Notes: generated by a model from the letters alone, not told the origin. A stretch of DNA of 64,000 nucleotides from Polyangiales bacterium (GCA_038231275.1 JBBRLQ010000007.1:32001-96000), one strand, 5' to 3'. Positions 9,889 through 19,819 are shown, counted from the first letter of the stretch. A program made the numbers and translations.

Positions 9889-10686
9889 GTGAGTCTGGGC
9901 TTCTCCCTATCGAAATGGACCATGGACGTCGTCTCCGACGAGGGGGAGGCGGTCGTCGTTTACGCCGCGGAGCTGAATTTCGCGGCGCTTCACTTGCACT
10001 ATGCAAGCGTCGTCCACAGCCGCGGGCTGCGCGTCCATGCGACCGCCTCGCTGCGAAAGGCGACGCGGACGCACGAGGACGGGGTCCTGACGTTCAAATC
10101 GCGCGCGCTCGAGACGCAAGGCACCTGGCGCGCCGACGACGCTGCCACGCCGACCGAAGGGGCGCCCGAGACGATGCTCGACGAGGACGGCGGGCGCGTC
10201 GAGTGGACGTGCCACATGCCGCTCGCGCGCGCGGAGGTCACTCTGGAAGGTGGGCGCGTCGTGCGTGGGCTCGGGTACGTCGAAGAGCTGCACATGACGG
10301 TCGCGCCCTGGAGCCTTCCCATCGAAGAGCTGCGCTGGGGCCGCTTCACTGCCGCAGGGTCGAGCCTCGTGTGGCTGGATTGGCGAGGGGCTCGCGCGAA
10401 GACCGTGGTGCTCAAGAACGGCGCGCGCGTCACGGGCACCGTGGAGAACGCCGCCGTGGATCTCGGCGAGGACGAGGCGCGGCTCCAGATCGAAGAAGGG
10501 CGCGCGCTCCGCGAAGGCACCCTCGGCGGCAACGCCCTCGCAGCGCTCGCGGAGCTCTACCCGGTCTTGCCGCCGAAGATCCTCCGCGCGACGGAGCGAA
10601 TGAGCGTGGCCCCCGCGGTGCTCGAGCAGCCGTTCATGACGCCGGTGAAGGGATGGGCGATCTCGCAGATCGTCACGTGGCCGTGA
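9889..10686 (+). CDS. Hypothetical protein (possibly AttH/lipocalin-like beta fold)
   Basis: KWTMDVV...GLGYVEELHMTVAPWSLPIEELRWGRF; coding-like codon bias; fold is a guess. Confidence 0.65.
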   Translation: MSLGFSLSKWTMDVVSDEGEAVVVYAAELNFAALHLHYASVVHSRGLRVHATASLRKATRTHEDGVLTFKSRALETQGTWRADDAATPTEGAPETMLDEDGGRVEWTCHMPLARAEVTLEGGRVVRGLGYVEELHMTVAPWSLPIEELRWGRFTAAGSSLVWLDWRGARAKTVVLKNGARVTGTVENAAVDLGEDEARLQIEEGRALREGTLGGNALAALAELYPVLPPKILRATERMSVAPAVLEQPFMTPVKGWAISQIVTWP

Positions 10687-10695
10687 GGCTGCGGC

Positions 10696-11700
10696 TCACG
10701 GAGCGTGAATCCAGCGCAGGCTCTTGCACGACGTCGCAGCCTCCACCTCGCGCGCGATCTCCGCGACGCGCACGAGGGCCGAGAGGCGAGGCACCACGAG
10801 CACGGAGGACGAGCTCAGCGTGAGCCACGGAGCAACCTGGCCTGGCGGCGTGACGTGCGCGAACGTGTCGAGATCGTGCGCGTCGCGCAGCCCGTTCGCC
10901 GCCATCGCGCGGCCCAATTGCCGAGCGGCGTCGATCAGCTCCTCCCGGTCGGGCGCTTGTCGAAGCGCGAGATCCTCCGCGGTGAGGACGAGCGCGATCA
11001 CGGAGCCGTCGTCGAGCACCTTCTCGCGCAGCACCCGCGCGCAAGCCTCCGCCGCGTCGCGCGCGGGCAACTCGAAGACTGCCGCGCGCGAAGCCGCCCA
11101 CACGAGGAAGCGCGCTTGCTCGGCGAGGGGAGGCCCGCTGCCTGGCGCATCCCACAGAGCGAAGCAGGTCTCCTCGGGCGCCAGCTTCGAACCCTCGCAC
11201 CGCGCGACGAGGCGCACGTCGAGGTCCCTCCGGCCCGCCGACTCGGCGGCGATGGCACGCGCGGCGATCAGCGCGGGGGCGTAGCGCGCCGCCTCGCGTC
11301 GGAACTGATCCTCCGCGTCGCCCTCGTCGTCTCCGAGATCGTCGCCGAGCGGTGAGAGTCGCGCTTCGAGCCGCGCCGTGGCGTACCTCATTCGCTCGAG
11401 CAGGCGTCGTCGTTCGGCGGGCGGCGCGGACGCCAGCGCGAGGGACATCGCGCGCTCTTCCCGCGCGTCGTTCGGCGCTTCGCCGGCTTCCGGAGCGTTG
11501 CGCGCGCGGACGACGACTCCCGGCGCATCACCGGCGCGCGCGAAGCGGTCGCGTACGACACTCCATGTGACGCCTGCCGCGAGCGCTGCGCCGACCAGCG
11601 CTACGGCGACCCGATGCGGCCGCCGCAGCCTCGTTCCCGCATCAGCGGCGCTTGGCGCTGAGCTCGGCACCGCCGCTCGTCTTGCCGCTCGCGAGGCCAT
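10696..11700 (-). CDS. Hypothetical membrane-anchored protein
   Basis: 334-aa ORF with N-terminal TM (VAVALVGAALAAGVTW); start uncertain, overlaps upstream gene. Confidence 0.55.
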   Translation of the reverse strand: MASRAARRAAVPSSAPSAADAGTRLRRPHRVAVALVGAALAAGVTWSVVRDRFARAGDAPGVVVRARNAPEAGEAPNDAREERAMSLALASAPPAERRRLLERMRYATARLEARLSPLGDDLGDDEGDAEDQFRREAARYAPALIAARAIAAESAGRRDLDVRLVARCEGSKLAPEETCFALWDAPGSGPPLAEQARFLVWAASRAAVFELPARDAAEACARVLREKVLDDGSVIALVLTAEDLALRQAPDREELIDAARQLGRAMAANGLRDAHDLDTFAHVTPPGQVAPWLTLSSSSVLVVPRLSALVRVAEIAREVEAATSCKSLRWIHAP

Positions 11701-12409
11701 CGGTGAAGGTCAGGTTGACCGTGCCCTGGGAGTTGTTCTGCGAGCACGTCGCGCTGAAGAGGTTGTCTTGGAAGGTGACGTCGCACGTGGCGCTCGGCGT
11801 CACCAAGGTCCACGCGCCGCCGAAATCGCCGAAAATCGACGCGTGCACGCTGCGGCGCTGCGCGGTCGTGACCCCCGCCGCGCCGCCCGATCCGCGGAGC
11901 GACTCGAGGGGCGAGCCGATCGAGGTGCAGTTGATGCTCACGGAGTCGGGGTGCGCCTCGCCGTTGCAGCGTTCTTGAGACTGCCCGGCGAAGGTCCACG
12001 CGCCGCCCAGGGCGAGCGGCAACGCGCCGAGGGAGAGCGCGCCCGCCGTGTGCGTCGTCGTGAGCGGGCCGGTGAACGTCTTGTACGACGTGTACACGTA
12101 CGTCAAATCGGGCGCGGCGTTGGAGAGGTCGATGTTCAGGTGAAACCCGCTCACGTCGAACAGGAACGTCTTGTCCGAAATCGTGACGGTGGCGGTGTCC
12201 TCGTGCGTGCCGCTGCTCACGACGACGTCCCATGTTCCGCTCAGGGTTCCGCCGGCCGGGAAGGAGCCGCTGCTCGTCCCACCGCTCGCGCCGCTGGTCC
12301 CCGACGTCCCGCTGGTCCCCGTGGTCCCCGAGCTCGTGGACGTCGTGCTGCCCGAGCATGCGACGAGCGCCAACGCGACAACGAATCCCCCAACGAGCGC
12401 GCGCTTCAT
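11642..12409 (-). CDS. Lipoprotein with Ser/Gly/Thr-rich linker
   Basis: MKRALVGGFVVALALVAC lipobox, then STTSTSSGTTGTSG linker. Confidence 0.8.
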   Translation of the reverse strand: MKRALVGGFVVALALVACSGSTTSTSSGTTGTSGTSGTSGASGGTSSGSFPAGGTLSGTWDVVVSSGTHEDTATVTISDKTFLFDVSGFHLNIDLSNAAPDLTYVYTSYKTFTGPLTTTHTAGALSLGALPLALGGAWTFAGQSQERCNGEAHPDSVSINCTSIGSPLESLRGSGGAAGVTTAQRRSVHASIFGDFGGAWTLVTPSATCDVTFQDNLFSATCSQNNSQGTVNLTFTDGLASGKTSGGAELSAKRR

Positions 12410-12437
12410 GGGGCGGCACCGTAGCATGCAGGTCTGG

Positions 12438-12764
12438 TCAGCGCTTGTGGCTCAATTTCGCGAGCGGAACGGTGCCTACGACGTTGCGCAGCTGCTGGAG
12501 CTGCGACTCGTTGAAGTCGCCGCGCGCGTCGATGCTCGCGTGATCCTTGTGCCGGAGGATGCGCACCGTGCCTTGCCCGACCTTCGGGCGCTTCACGACG
12601 TCCTTCAAGTCCGAGAGCACGCGCGGCGAGAGATCGCCGTGCGTGAGCTCGAGCTTGCCCTCTCTCACCTCGCAGATCGCCACCGTGATGGCGCCCCGCG
12701 CGGCGAACCACAAAACGCCGATCGCGATCACCGTTGCGACGGCGATCGCTATCAGCACTTCCAC
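12438..12764 (-). CDS. DUF3634-like small membrane protein
   Basis: N-terminal TM, C-terminal QLQQLRNV; starts 1 nt after the upstream stop. Confidence 0.7.
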   Translation of the reverse strand: MEVLIAIAVATVIAIGVLWFAARGAITVAICEVREGKLELTHGDLSPRVLSDLKDVVKRPKVGQGTVRILRHKDHASIDARGDFNESQLQQLRNVVGTVPLAKLSHKR

Positions 12765-12765
12765 G

Positions 12766-14400
12766 TCAGCCTCCCCGCAGGTTCTCGAGGAGCTCCAGAT
12801 CGGGGATAGCGATCGGGAACCGGGTCTTGATGACGCCGACGTCGTTGTCCTCGAGCAAGCGCGCGAAGGAGACGCCGTCGTAGAGCGCGATGGGCGGCGC
12901 GCTCATGGCGGCCGCTTCTTCGCGCGCGCCAGAGAGAACCTGACCCGTCGTGATGAGCCAACCCGCAGAGGCCGGGCCGTAGTGGTGGAGCGCGCCGCGC
13001 AGATCGGTCACGCGCTCGCGGCCGATCTCGCGGCCGTCCTTGCGGAGGATGATCGCGGTGCGGATCTCGTCGGTGCCGGTTTTGTGGATGGCTGCGAAGT
13101 GCGCCTCGCCGCCTGGGGAGCCGGCGCGACGAACGGCGCGGATGTTGACCATGCCGGCGCGCTCGAGCGCGAAGAGCGCGAGCTCGAGGAACGCGTGGCC
13201 CGGGAGCTCCTGCAAGCGACGGAGCATCGTGCGCCGCGCGGTCTCGCGGTAGCGCTCGATGGCGGCCATCACGTCGAGCTCGAGGCGCGCGAGATCGGGG
13301 CCGAGACCCCAATCGGTGAGCGCGACGCGCTGGCCGTTGCCGAAGCGGAAGCGAGGGCGCTGTCCGTTGGCCGTGCGGCGGAGGTTGTCCGCGCGCACCG
13401 ACGCCGAGAGCTGCGTCGCCGCGGCGGCCGGATCGCCCGCGAGGCGACCCTTTCGCATGAGGGCGTCGACGAGGTTTCGCACGCCGACGGGGCCCGCGTT
13501 GCGATCGAACGCGCCGAGCACGATGGCGACCGCGTCCGCGAGCTCTTTGCCCGCGAGCTCGTCACCTTCGCCGAGCGGAACGTCCGCCGGCGTGACGGGA
13601 CCGCCGCCCATGATCTGGCTGCGATCGCGCACGACCGGACGCGACGGCGAGAGCGCGTCACGCGTGACGTCGATCTGCGAGTCGCCCTCGACCGAAATGA
13701 TCGCGGTCGGCGTGATCGGCTGCGCCGAGTACTCGACGATCGGGCCGTTGCCGGGACTTTGCCCCGGCGCGGCCGGTCCACCGCCACGCCCGCGACGACG
13801 ACGGCGGCGACGGCGACGACCGCCGTCTCCCTCGGAGATCGGGCCGCTGCCCGGTCCGCCCGCCGCAGCCTGTCCGCCCGTAGCTCCGGCGCCGGCTTGC
13901 GCGCCACCGCCGCGCGGCTCGGCGAAAATCGGCTGATCGTCGTCGTCCTCGTCGTCGAAGAGATCGGCGCCGCTCGCCGCGAGATCCGCGCGAAGCGCAT
14001 CCTCTCCGGAGACGATGATCGGCTGGTCGTCCTCGTCGTCCTGGCGCGCCGGCACCGGCGCCCGCGTGGCCGCCTCGACCTCGAGCGCGTTGATGCCCTC
14101 CGACCCCTCGTCGGAGTCGTCGGCGGCGACATCGGCCTCTTCGACCTTGCCGCGCTTGCCCTTCTTGCCCGCCTCGCTCCACTCACGGAGCGCGAAGACG
14201 CCGGGCTTCATCCGGACGATGGGGTTGGTCTTGTCCTCTTTCTTGAGCAGCGCAGCGAGGCGCGCGCCCATCGTCACCTCGGGGCTCTTGCCCACGTGGG
14301 AGAGGAGGTTTTTCTCAATCGCAAGCTCGGTAATCTCCTTGTAATGGAGCGGCTTGCCGGCCAAGCGGAGGACTTCCGCGGCAGCTTCCGTGAACGTCAT
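12766..14400 (-). CDS. HARE-HTH domain protein with C-terminal Mrr-like restriction-endonuclease fold
   Basis: MTFTEAAAEVLRLAGKPLHYKEITELAI...PGVFALREW; second HTH; IGRERVTDLRGAL...GWLITTG...IALYDG. Confidence 0.82.
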   Translation of the reverse strand: MTFTEAAAEVLRLAGKPLHYKEITELAIEKNLLSHVGKSPEVTMGARLAALLKKEDKTNPIVRMKPGVFALREWSEAGKKGKRGKVEEADVAADDSDEGSEGINALEVEAATRAPVPARQDDEDDQPIIVSGEDALRADLAASGADLFDDEDDDDQPIFAEPRGGGAQAGAGATGGQAAAGGPGSGPISEGDGGRRRRRRRRRGRGGGPAAPGQSPGNGPIVEYSAQPITPTAIISVEGDSQIDVTRDALSPSRPVVRDRSQIMGGGPVTPADVPLGEGDELAGKELADAVAIVLGAFDRNAGPVGVRNLVDALMRKGRLAGDPAAAATQLSASVRADNLRRTANGQRPRFRFGNGQRVALTDWGLGPDLARLELDVMAAIERYRETARRTMLRRLQELPGHAFLELALFALERAGMVNIRAVRRAGSPGGEAHFAAIHKTGTDEIRTAIILRKDGREIGRERVTDLRGALHHYGPASAGWLITTGQVLSGAREEAAAMSAPPIALYDGVSFARLLEDNDVGVIKTRFPIAIPDLELLENLRGG

Positions 14401-14641
14401 GTGTCGTTTTCCGTTCTTCTTCCGACATCGCCGGGCAAAAACCCCTGCGCAGACCTGGGTCTGCACTAGAGGCGAGGTGCACGGCACCCCTTGCCGGTTT
14501 CAGCGATGTTCCCGTGCGCACCGGGCGTCCCTCATTCCTTGAGACGAGGCCCCACCCGACTGCGCGGAGTTCTATAACGCGCCCTGGTCCCGGGGTCAAA
14601 CCCTGCCTTTTTTTGGGGGCGCGCCGGGCCGGCGAACGGGC

Positions 14642-15745
14642 CTATTTCTGCGGCGCGGGCGGAGTGGGCGGCTGCGCCTGCGGGGCTCCAGGCTGCGGCG
14701 TCATGGGCGCGGGGGCGGCGGCTTGCGGCGCCTTGTCCTCCGCGAGCAGCTCCTTCAGCTTCTTCTCGCGCGTCGCGTCGTCCATGCCGGTCGCGAGCTT
14801 CGTCGCGTCGATCGTCAGCATCGGGATCTGGCCCGAGCCGTTGTACGTCGGGAGCTTGCCGTCCCAGTGCTCGAGCGCGCGGTACTGGAGCACCGTCGGG
14901 CTCATCGACAAGCGGATGATCTCGTTGGCCTTCGCTTCGGCGCGCGCGCGAATGAGGAGTGCGTCGGCCTCGCCTTGCGCCTTCTGTCGCGTCGCCTCTG
15001 CGGCGCCGTGCGCTTGCGTAATTGCCTGGTCGGCCTCGGCGCGGACCTGCCGCACGCGGTTCTCGCTCTGGATCGCGTTCTGCGTCGCCTCCATCGCGCG
15101 GTTGATCGCGTCGGCGACGTTCTGCGGCAAGCGCAAGGTCCCGTTGATGGTCAGCTGATCGATCACGACGCCGTCCTTGCCGAGCTGGTCGCGCACCTTC
15201 GCGGCGACATCGGCGAGCATTTTGGATTTTCCGGCGCCGTAGATCTCCTGAACCGGCATCTTCGACGTCACTTCGTTGAACGCCTCGCGCACGACGTTGC
15301 GCATGTACTTGTCGGCGAGCTCCAGCATGTTGTTCTGACGGAAGCGGCCGTAGAGCTTCGGCGCCATCATCGGCTCGATGTGGAAAGACAGACCGACGTC
15401 GGCGTTGATGTTCACGCCCTCGGTCGACGAGAAGGTGAGCGACTCGTCGACGGCGCGCCCCTCGTGGGGGCTCGCGCTCCATACGACGTTCTGGACGCTG
15501 GTGGGGAAGACGACGATCTGCTCGGAGATGGGGTTGTAGACGACCCACCCGGTGACGACCGGCATGTCGGAGACGCCGCGCTCACTGCCGGCGAGGCGCA
15601 CTCTGATGCCGACGTGACCGGCGTCGACGCGCGTGAGCGACGAGCAGCCCACGAAGGCGAGGAGGATGAAGACGCCGACCACCATGACGAAGCGCTTCAC
15701 GGAGCGCCCCACCGAATCCGAGTCCAGACTGAACTTCGTCGCCAT
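14642..15745 (-). CDS. SPFH/band 7/prohibitin family protein
   Basis: TM then VDAGHVGIRV, MRNVVREAF, AEA-rich coiled coil, EHWDGKLP. Confidence 0.92.
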   Translation of the reverse strand: MATKFSLDSDSVGRSVKRFVMVVGVFILLAFVGCSSLTRVDAGHVGIRVRLAGSERGVSDMPVVTGWVVYNPISEQIVVFPTSVQNVVWSASPHEGRAVDESLTFSSTEGVNINADVGLSFHIEPMMAPKLYGRFRQNNMLELADKYMRNVVREAFNEVTSKMPVQEIYGAGKSKMLADVAAKVRDQLGKDGVVIDQLTINGTLRLPQNVADAINRAMEATQNAIQSENRVRQVRAEADQAITQAHGAAEATRQKAQGEADALLIRARAEAKANEIIRLSMSPTVLQYRALEHWDGKLPTYNGSGQIPMLTIDATKLATGMDDATREKKLKELLAEDKAPQAAAPAPMTPQPGAPQAQPPTPPAPQK

Positions 15746-15752
15746 GGTCTCT

Positions 15753-16010
15753 CTACTCCTTCTTGCGGAACCCGAGCGCGCTCGCGATGGCGGCGACGCC
15801 GATGGCCGTCACGATCGCGAGGGCCCCCCAGAACTGAGCGTCCGTACCTCCGTTGATCCACGGCCGCAAGGCAACGATCGCCCCGAAGTCGGTGGCGACC
15901 AGCAGCAACGCGACGCCGCCGTGCGCGACGCGACGACGCGCGAGCTCTTTCTGGAGCCGCGCGACCTCGGCACGGAGAGACTCGGTTTCGTCGCGGTAGG
16001 GGGATCCCAT
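15753..16010 (-). CDS. Small two-TM membrane protein
   Basis: GAGGAG RBS; MGSPYRDETESLRAEVARLQKEL coiled coil plus 2 TMs; 7 nt upstream of SPFH gene. Confidence 0.7.
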   Translation of the reverse strand: MGSPYRDETESLRAEVARLQKELARRRVAHGGVALLLVATDFGAIVALRPWINGGTDAQFWGALAIVTAIGVAAIASALGFRKKE

Positions 16011-16022
16011 TCTCCTCGTCGC

Positions 16023-16159
16023 CGGCCCCGTTCGAGGCCGCTGCGGTGCAAGGTAGGTATCCCCGGACAGCCAGTCTAGGGGAACCGTCCCGTTCCGGAC
16101 GGTTCCCCTATGCTGCAAGTCGGTCGCTCCAGTCGTTCGCCCGTTCCGGCCAAACGACT
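16023..16159 (-). promoter_or_regulatory. Candidate structured leader: three hairpins sharing a (G)GAACGG apical motif
   Basis: Includes perfect 14-bp IR TAGGGGAACCGTCC/GGACGGTTCCCCTA at 16077-16110. Confidence 0.55.
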
Positions 16160-16188
16160 TCTGCTCTGTGCTACCTGTGGCACGCTCC

Positions 16189-16878
16189 ATGCGGAACGTC
16201 CTCGGGATCGTGCTGATCACCGCCGCGATTGCGGCGTCGACTCACTTCGCGTTCCAGCTCGAGCGCGCGGGATCGACGGCGTTTTGGGCGCTCGCGGTGC
16301 TGCCGACGCTCGCCCTCGCTGCGGGCGCGCTGGTCCTCGCGCGGAGCATGAACGAGGGCGGGATCGGCGAGTGGATGCGCCCCGCGTGGGGTGACTTCAC
16401 GCGCGGCGTCGTGGGCGCGGCGCTCGTCTTCGGTGCGGCGTACGCCTTTTCGCGCATGTACGTCGGTACGCCCCGTGAGAGCTGGCTGGCGCGCCTCTAC
16501 CTCCAGCTCGGCGATCCGAAGGTGCTCCGCGCTGGCATGCCCATCTATGGCGTCGGGATCCTCGTGGCCGCCACCGGCGAAGAGATCGTGTGGCGCGGCT
16601 TCGTGACGCGCCTCCTTCGCGACGTCGTCGGTGAGCGATGGGCGTGGGTGGCGGCGGCGGTTGCCTACGCGATCGCGCACGTGCCGACGATCTTCGCGCT
16701 GCGCGATCCCGAGGCGGGGAACAATCCGGCGCTCGTTATCGCCGCGCTCGGCGCAGGGCTCGTCTGGGGAGCGATGGCGCGGAGGTTCGGCGGTCGCCTG
16801 GTGCCCGGCATCCTCGCGCACGCGATGTTCGACTGGGTCGTCCTCTTCACGTTCCGGCTGTGGGGCCCCAGCATATGA
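16189..16878 (+). CDS. CPBP (CAAX/Abi) family intramembrane metalloprotease
   Basis: EEIVWRG, YAIAH, LVPGILAHAMFD; multi-TM. Confidence 0.9.
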   Translation: MRNVLGIVLITAAIAASTHFAFQLERAGSTAFWALAVLPTLALAAGALVLARSMNEGGIGEWMRPAWGDFTRGVVGAALVFGAAYAFSRMYVGTPRESWLARLYLQLGDPKVLRAGMPIYGVGILVAATGEEIVWRGFVTRLLRDVVGERWAWVAAAVAYAIAHVPTIFALRDPEAGNNPALVIAALGAGLVWGAMARRFGGRLVPGILAHAMFDWVVLFTFRLWGPSI

Positions 16879-19775
16879 AGGAGGTGCGTGCGCTCGCCGA
16901 CGGTATCGGGCGCGCGGACGCCGAGGACGCGCGAAAGAGGTTCCTGACGCGCGCGCGCGAGCGAGGCCTTACCCCGAGCGACGACGCGGTGGAGCTGGCG
17001 GGGCTCGTGTCCGCTGCGTATCCCGCGCTGGCGCACGAGGTGGACGCGCGGCCCGAAGACGTCATCGCCATCGCGCGCGGCGGAACTCGAACTGCGCGCG
17101 ACGCGAAGGGCTACCGGAGGATGGCGCTCGCCATGGTCGGCGAGCTGACCGACGAGGCCGCCGTGCGCAAGAATCTTCGGAAGCTCGCGTCGCGCGAGAA
17201 GCTGCGGGTCGCCGCGCGCGAGGTCTTGCCGCTGGCGGGCAGCGACGTCGACACCACGAGCCGCGAGCTGTCCGATCTCGCCGACGTGTGCGTGGAGATC
17301 GCGCTCGGGCACGCCCTCGGCTGGGCCGAGGCGCGCTGGGGGACGCCAACGGAAGCGACCGGTGCGCGTTGCCCGTTCGTGGTCGTCGGCATGGGAAAGC
17401 TCGGCGGGCGCGAGCTCAACGCGGGCAGCGACATCGATCTCCTCCTCTTCTACGAGACCGACGACGGAGACGTGCGAAAAGATGGAGCGCCCGTCGAGCA
17501 GACGCTGCACGAGCACTTCGCGCGGGTGGCGCAGCGCATGACCTCGGTCCTCGACGACGCGACGGAGGACGGCATCGTCTGGCGCGTCGACCTGCGCCTA
17601 CGTCCGGAGGGGACGCGTGGGCCGCTCGTCAACGCGCTCGCCGCCGCCGAGCGCTACTACGAGACGTGGGGCCGCACCTGGGAGCGCGCGGCCCTCGTGC
17701 GCGCGCGGCCGATCGCCGGCGACCTCGCGTTCGGAAAGCGTCTGCTCGCCGCGCTCGGCCCCTTCGTGTGGCGTCGCAACGTCGCGCCGCAGATCGCCGA
17801 CGAGATGGTGGCGCTCGTCCTCCGCGCGCGCGCCGAGATGGATCACGATCCGGAAAAGGATCTGAAGCTCGGGCCCGGCGGCATCCGTGAGGCGGAGTTC
17901 TTCGTCCAGTCGCTGCAGTTGATTTGGGGAGGTCGCGAGAAGCAGCTGCGGAGCACCAACACGCTGGAGGCCCTGCGCCGCCTGCGCGCGCGCGGGTTCG
18001 TGACCGACAAAGAGAGCCGCGAGGTCGGCGACGCGTACCTGGCGCTTCGGAGGCTCGAGCACCGCGTGCAGTTCGCGACGGGGCAGCAGACGCACCAGGT
18101 GCCCGAGCGTCCGCTCCTCGATCGCATCGCGCGATCGCTGGGGTGGGCGACCGGCACCGAGCTCGAGCGCGAGCTCGAACGCACGCGAAAGCGCGTCGCG
18201 CGAAGGTTCGCGTCGCTCCTCGGCCCCGCGCGCGAAGCCTCTCGGCCGGTCGGCGAGCTGGACCGCTTCTGGGCCGCCCTCGACGCGCGTGACGAGCCGC
18301 AGGTACGCGCGCACCTCCCCGGAGGAACCGGGCTCGTCGCGTCCCCCGATCTCGCGCGCCACGTCCTCGCGCTGGCGCGCCGCCCGGATTTTCCGTTCGG
18401 CGCGAGCGCGCGCGACGCGCACCAGGAGCTGCCGAAGGTCCTCCTCGAGGGGATCGGGGACGCCGCCGATCCCGAGCAGGCCGCGCGCCTCCTCTCCACC
18501 TTCTTCGCGCGCCTCCCGACGCCCAGCGTCTACGTGCGCGCGCTCGCCGAGGATCATCACGCCGCCCGCCGCCTGTGCACGGTGCTCGGCGCCAGCGCGT
18601 TCGTCGGCGAGGCCCTGGTCTCGCGCCCCGAGCTCTTCGACCAGCTCCTTTTCGGCCGCGGCGCCCCCGACGCCGAGTCCGCGCGCCGCACCGTCGACGA
18701 GGAGGTGCAGCAGCTCCCGATGACCCACGACGTCGACGATCTCGTCGGCGCGCTACGCCGCGCAAAGGGGCGGGTGACGATGGAGGTCGGGCTCGCCGAT
18801 CTCGCCGGTGAGATCGGCACGCGCGCCGCCACGACCGTGCTCTCTTCGCTCGCCGACGCGATCGTCGAGCACGCCGTGCGCTTCGCCATGAAGGAGCGGG
18901 GCTTCGGAGAGACGGGCCTCGCCGTCATCGCGATGGGCAAGCTCGGCGGCCGCGAGATCGGCTACGGCTCCGACCTCGACGTCTTCTTCGCCTACGAAGC
19001 GAGCGCTGACGACGAAGTGGAGGCCCGGTACGTCCGCACCGCGCAGCGCGTGATCCGCCTCCTCTCCACGCCGCACGGCGACGGACCCGGCTACGAGCTC
19101 GACACCCGCTTGCGCCCCAGCGGCAACCAAGGGCTCCTCGTCGTCTCCTGCGACGCGTTCGCCCGCTACCACGAGTCGCGCGCCGAGGATTGGGAGCGGC
19201 AGGCGCTCGTGAAGGCGCGTTTCTGCGCCGGCGACGCCGCGCTCGGTGAGGCCGTCCTCCAGATCGCGCGCGAGGCGGCGTACGAGCGCGGCGCGGCGCC
19301 GCCCGAGAAGATCCATCACCTTCGCATGCGGATGGAGAAGGAGCTCGCAGGCGAGCGTCACGTCGAGGGACGCGCGCGGTTCGACCTGAAGCTCGGCAAG
19401 GGCGGCCTCGTCGACGTGGAGTTCGCGGCGCAGTGGCTCCAGATGAAATGCGGGAAAGACCCGCGCGTGCGCACGCCGGACACCGAGGCGGCGCTCGACG
19501 CGCTCGAGACGTGTGGGTACCTCGACGCCGGTGTGGCGGCGGCGCTGCGGGAGGGCTACCGAACATTGCGGCGCATGGAGCAGCGCCTGCGCGTCCTGCA
19601 CGGCACGAGCTCGCACTTCATCGAAGAGGGAGCGCCGGGGCTCGCGCTTCTCGCGCGGCGAATGGGGATGCGCGACGGGCCGCGCGGGTCGGCGACCGCG
19701 ATGCTCCTCGCGCGGTATGCGCAGATCACGCGCGACGTACGCGCCGCCTACCTCGCGATCCTGGGTCTCGGATAG
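16875..19775 (+). CDS. glnE: Glutamine synthetase adenylyltransferase/deadenylyltransferase
   Basis: Two GKLGGREL/I..SD.D nucleotidyltransferase domains, DLRLRPEG, DTRLRPSG, LKLGPGGIREAEF; ATGA overlap. Confidence 0.95.
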   Translation: MKEVRALADGIGRADAEDARKRFLTRARERGLTPSDDAVELAGLVSAAYPALAHEVDARPEDVIAIARGGTRTARDAKGYRRMALAMVGELTDEAAVRKNLRKLASREKLRVAAREVLPLAGSDVDTTSRELSDLADVCVEIALGHALGWAEARWGTPTEATGARCPFVVVGMGKLGGRELNAGSDIDLLLFYETDDGDVRKDGAPVEQTLHEHFARVAQRMTSVLDDATEDGIVWRVDLRLRPEGTRGPLVNALAAAERYYETWGRTWERAALVRARPIAGDLAFGKRLLAALGPFVWRRNVAPQIADEMVALVLRARAEMDHDPEKDLKLGPGGIREAEFFVQSLQLIWGGREKQLRSTNTLEALRRLRARGFVTDKESREVGDAYLALRRLEHRVQFATGQQTHQVPERPLLDRIARSLGWATGTELERELERTRKRVARRFASLLGPAREASRPVGELDRFWAALDARDEPQVRAHLPGGTGLVASPDLARHVLALARRPDFPFGASARDAHQELPKVLLEGIGDAADPEQAARLLSTFFARLPTPSVYVRALAEDHHAARRLCTVLGASAFVGEALVSRPELFDQLLFGRGAPDAESARRTVDEEVQQLPMTHDVDDLVGALRRAKGRVTMEVGLADLAGEIGTRAATTVLSSLADAIVEHAVRFAMKERGFGETGLAVIAMGKLGGREIGYGSDLDVFFAYEASADDEVEARYVRTAQRVIRLLSTPHGDGPGYELDTRLRPSGNQGLLVVSCDAFARYHESRAEDWERQALVKARFCAGDAALGEAVLQIAREAAYERGAAPPEKIHHLRMRMEKELAGERHVEGRARFDLKLGKGGLVDVEFAAQWLQMKCGKDPRVRTPDTEAALDALETCGYLDAGVAAALREGYRTLRRMEQRLRVLHGTSSHFIEEGAPGLALLARRMGMRDGPRGSATAMLLARYAQITRDVRAAYLAILGLG

Positions 19776-19819
19776 CTCTCTCGCGTGCTTCGCGCGTCGG
19801 AAGGGGGGTATCCTTGGTC

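Noticed and set aside
14480-14550. GGGACGC motif suggesting a c-di-GMP-I riboswitch
   Set aside because: Lacks GGCAAA, the GAAA tetraloop and the following AAAG
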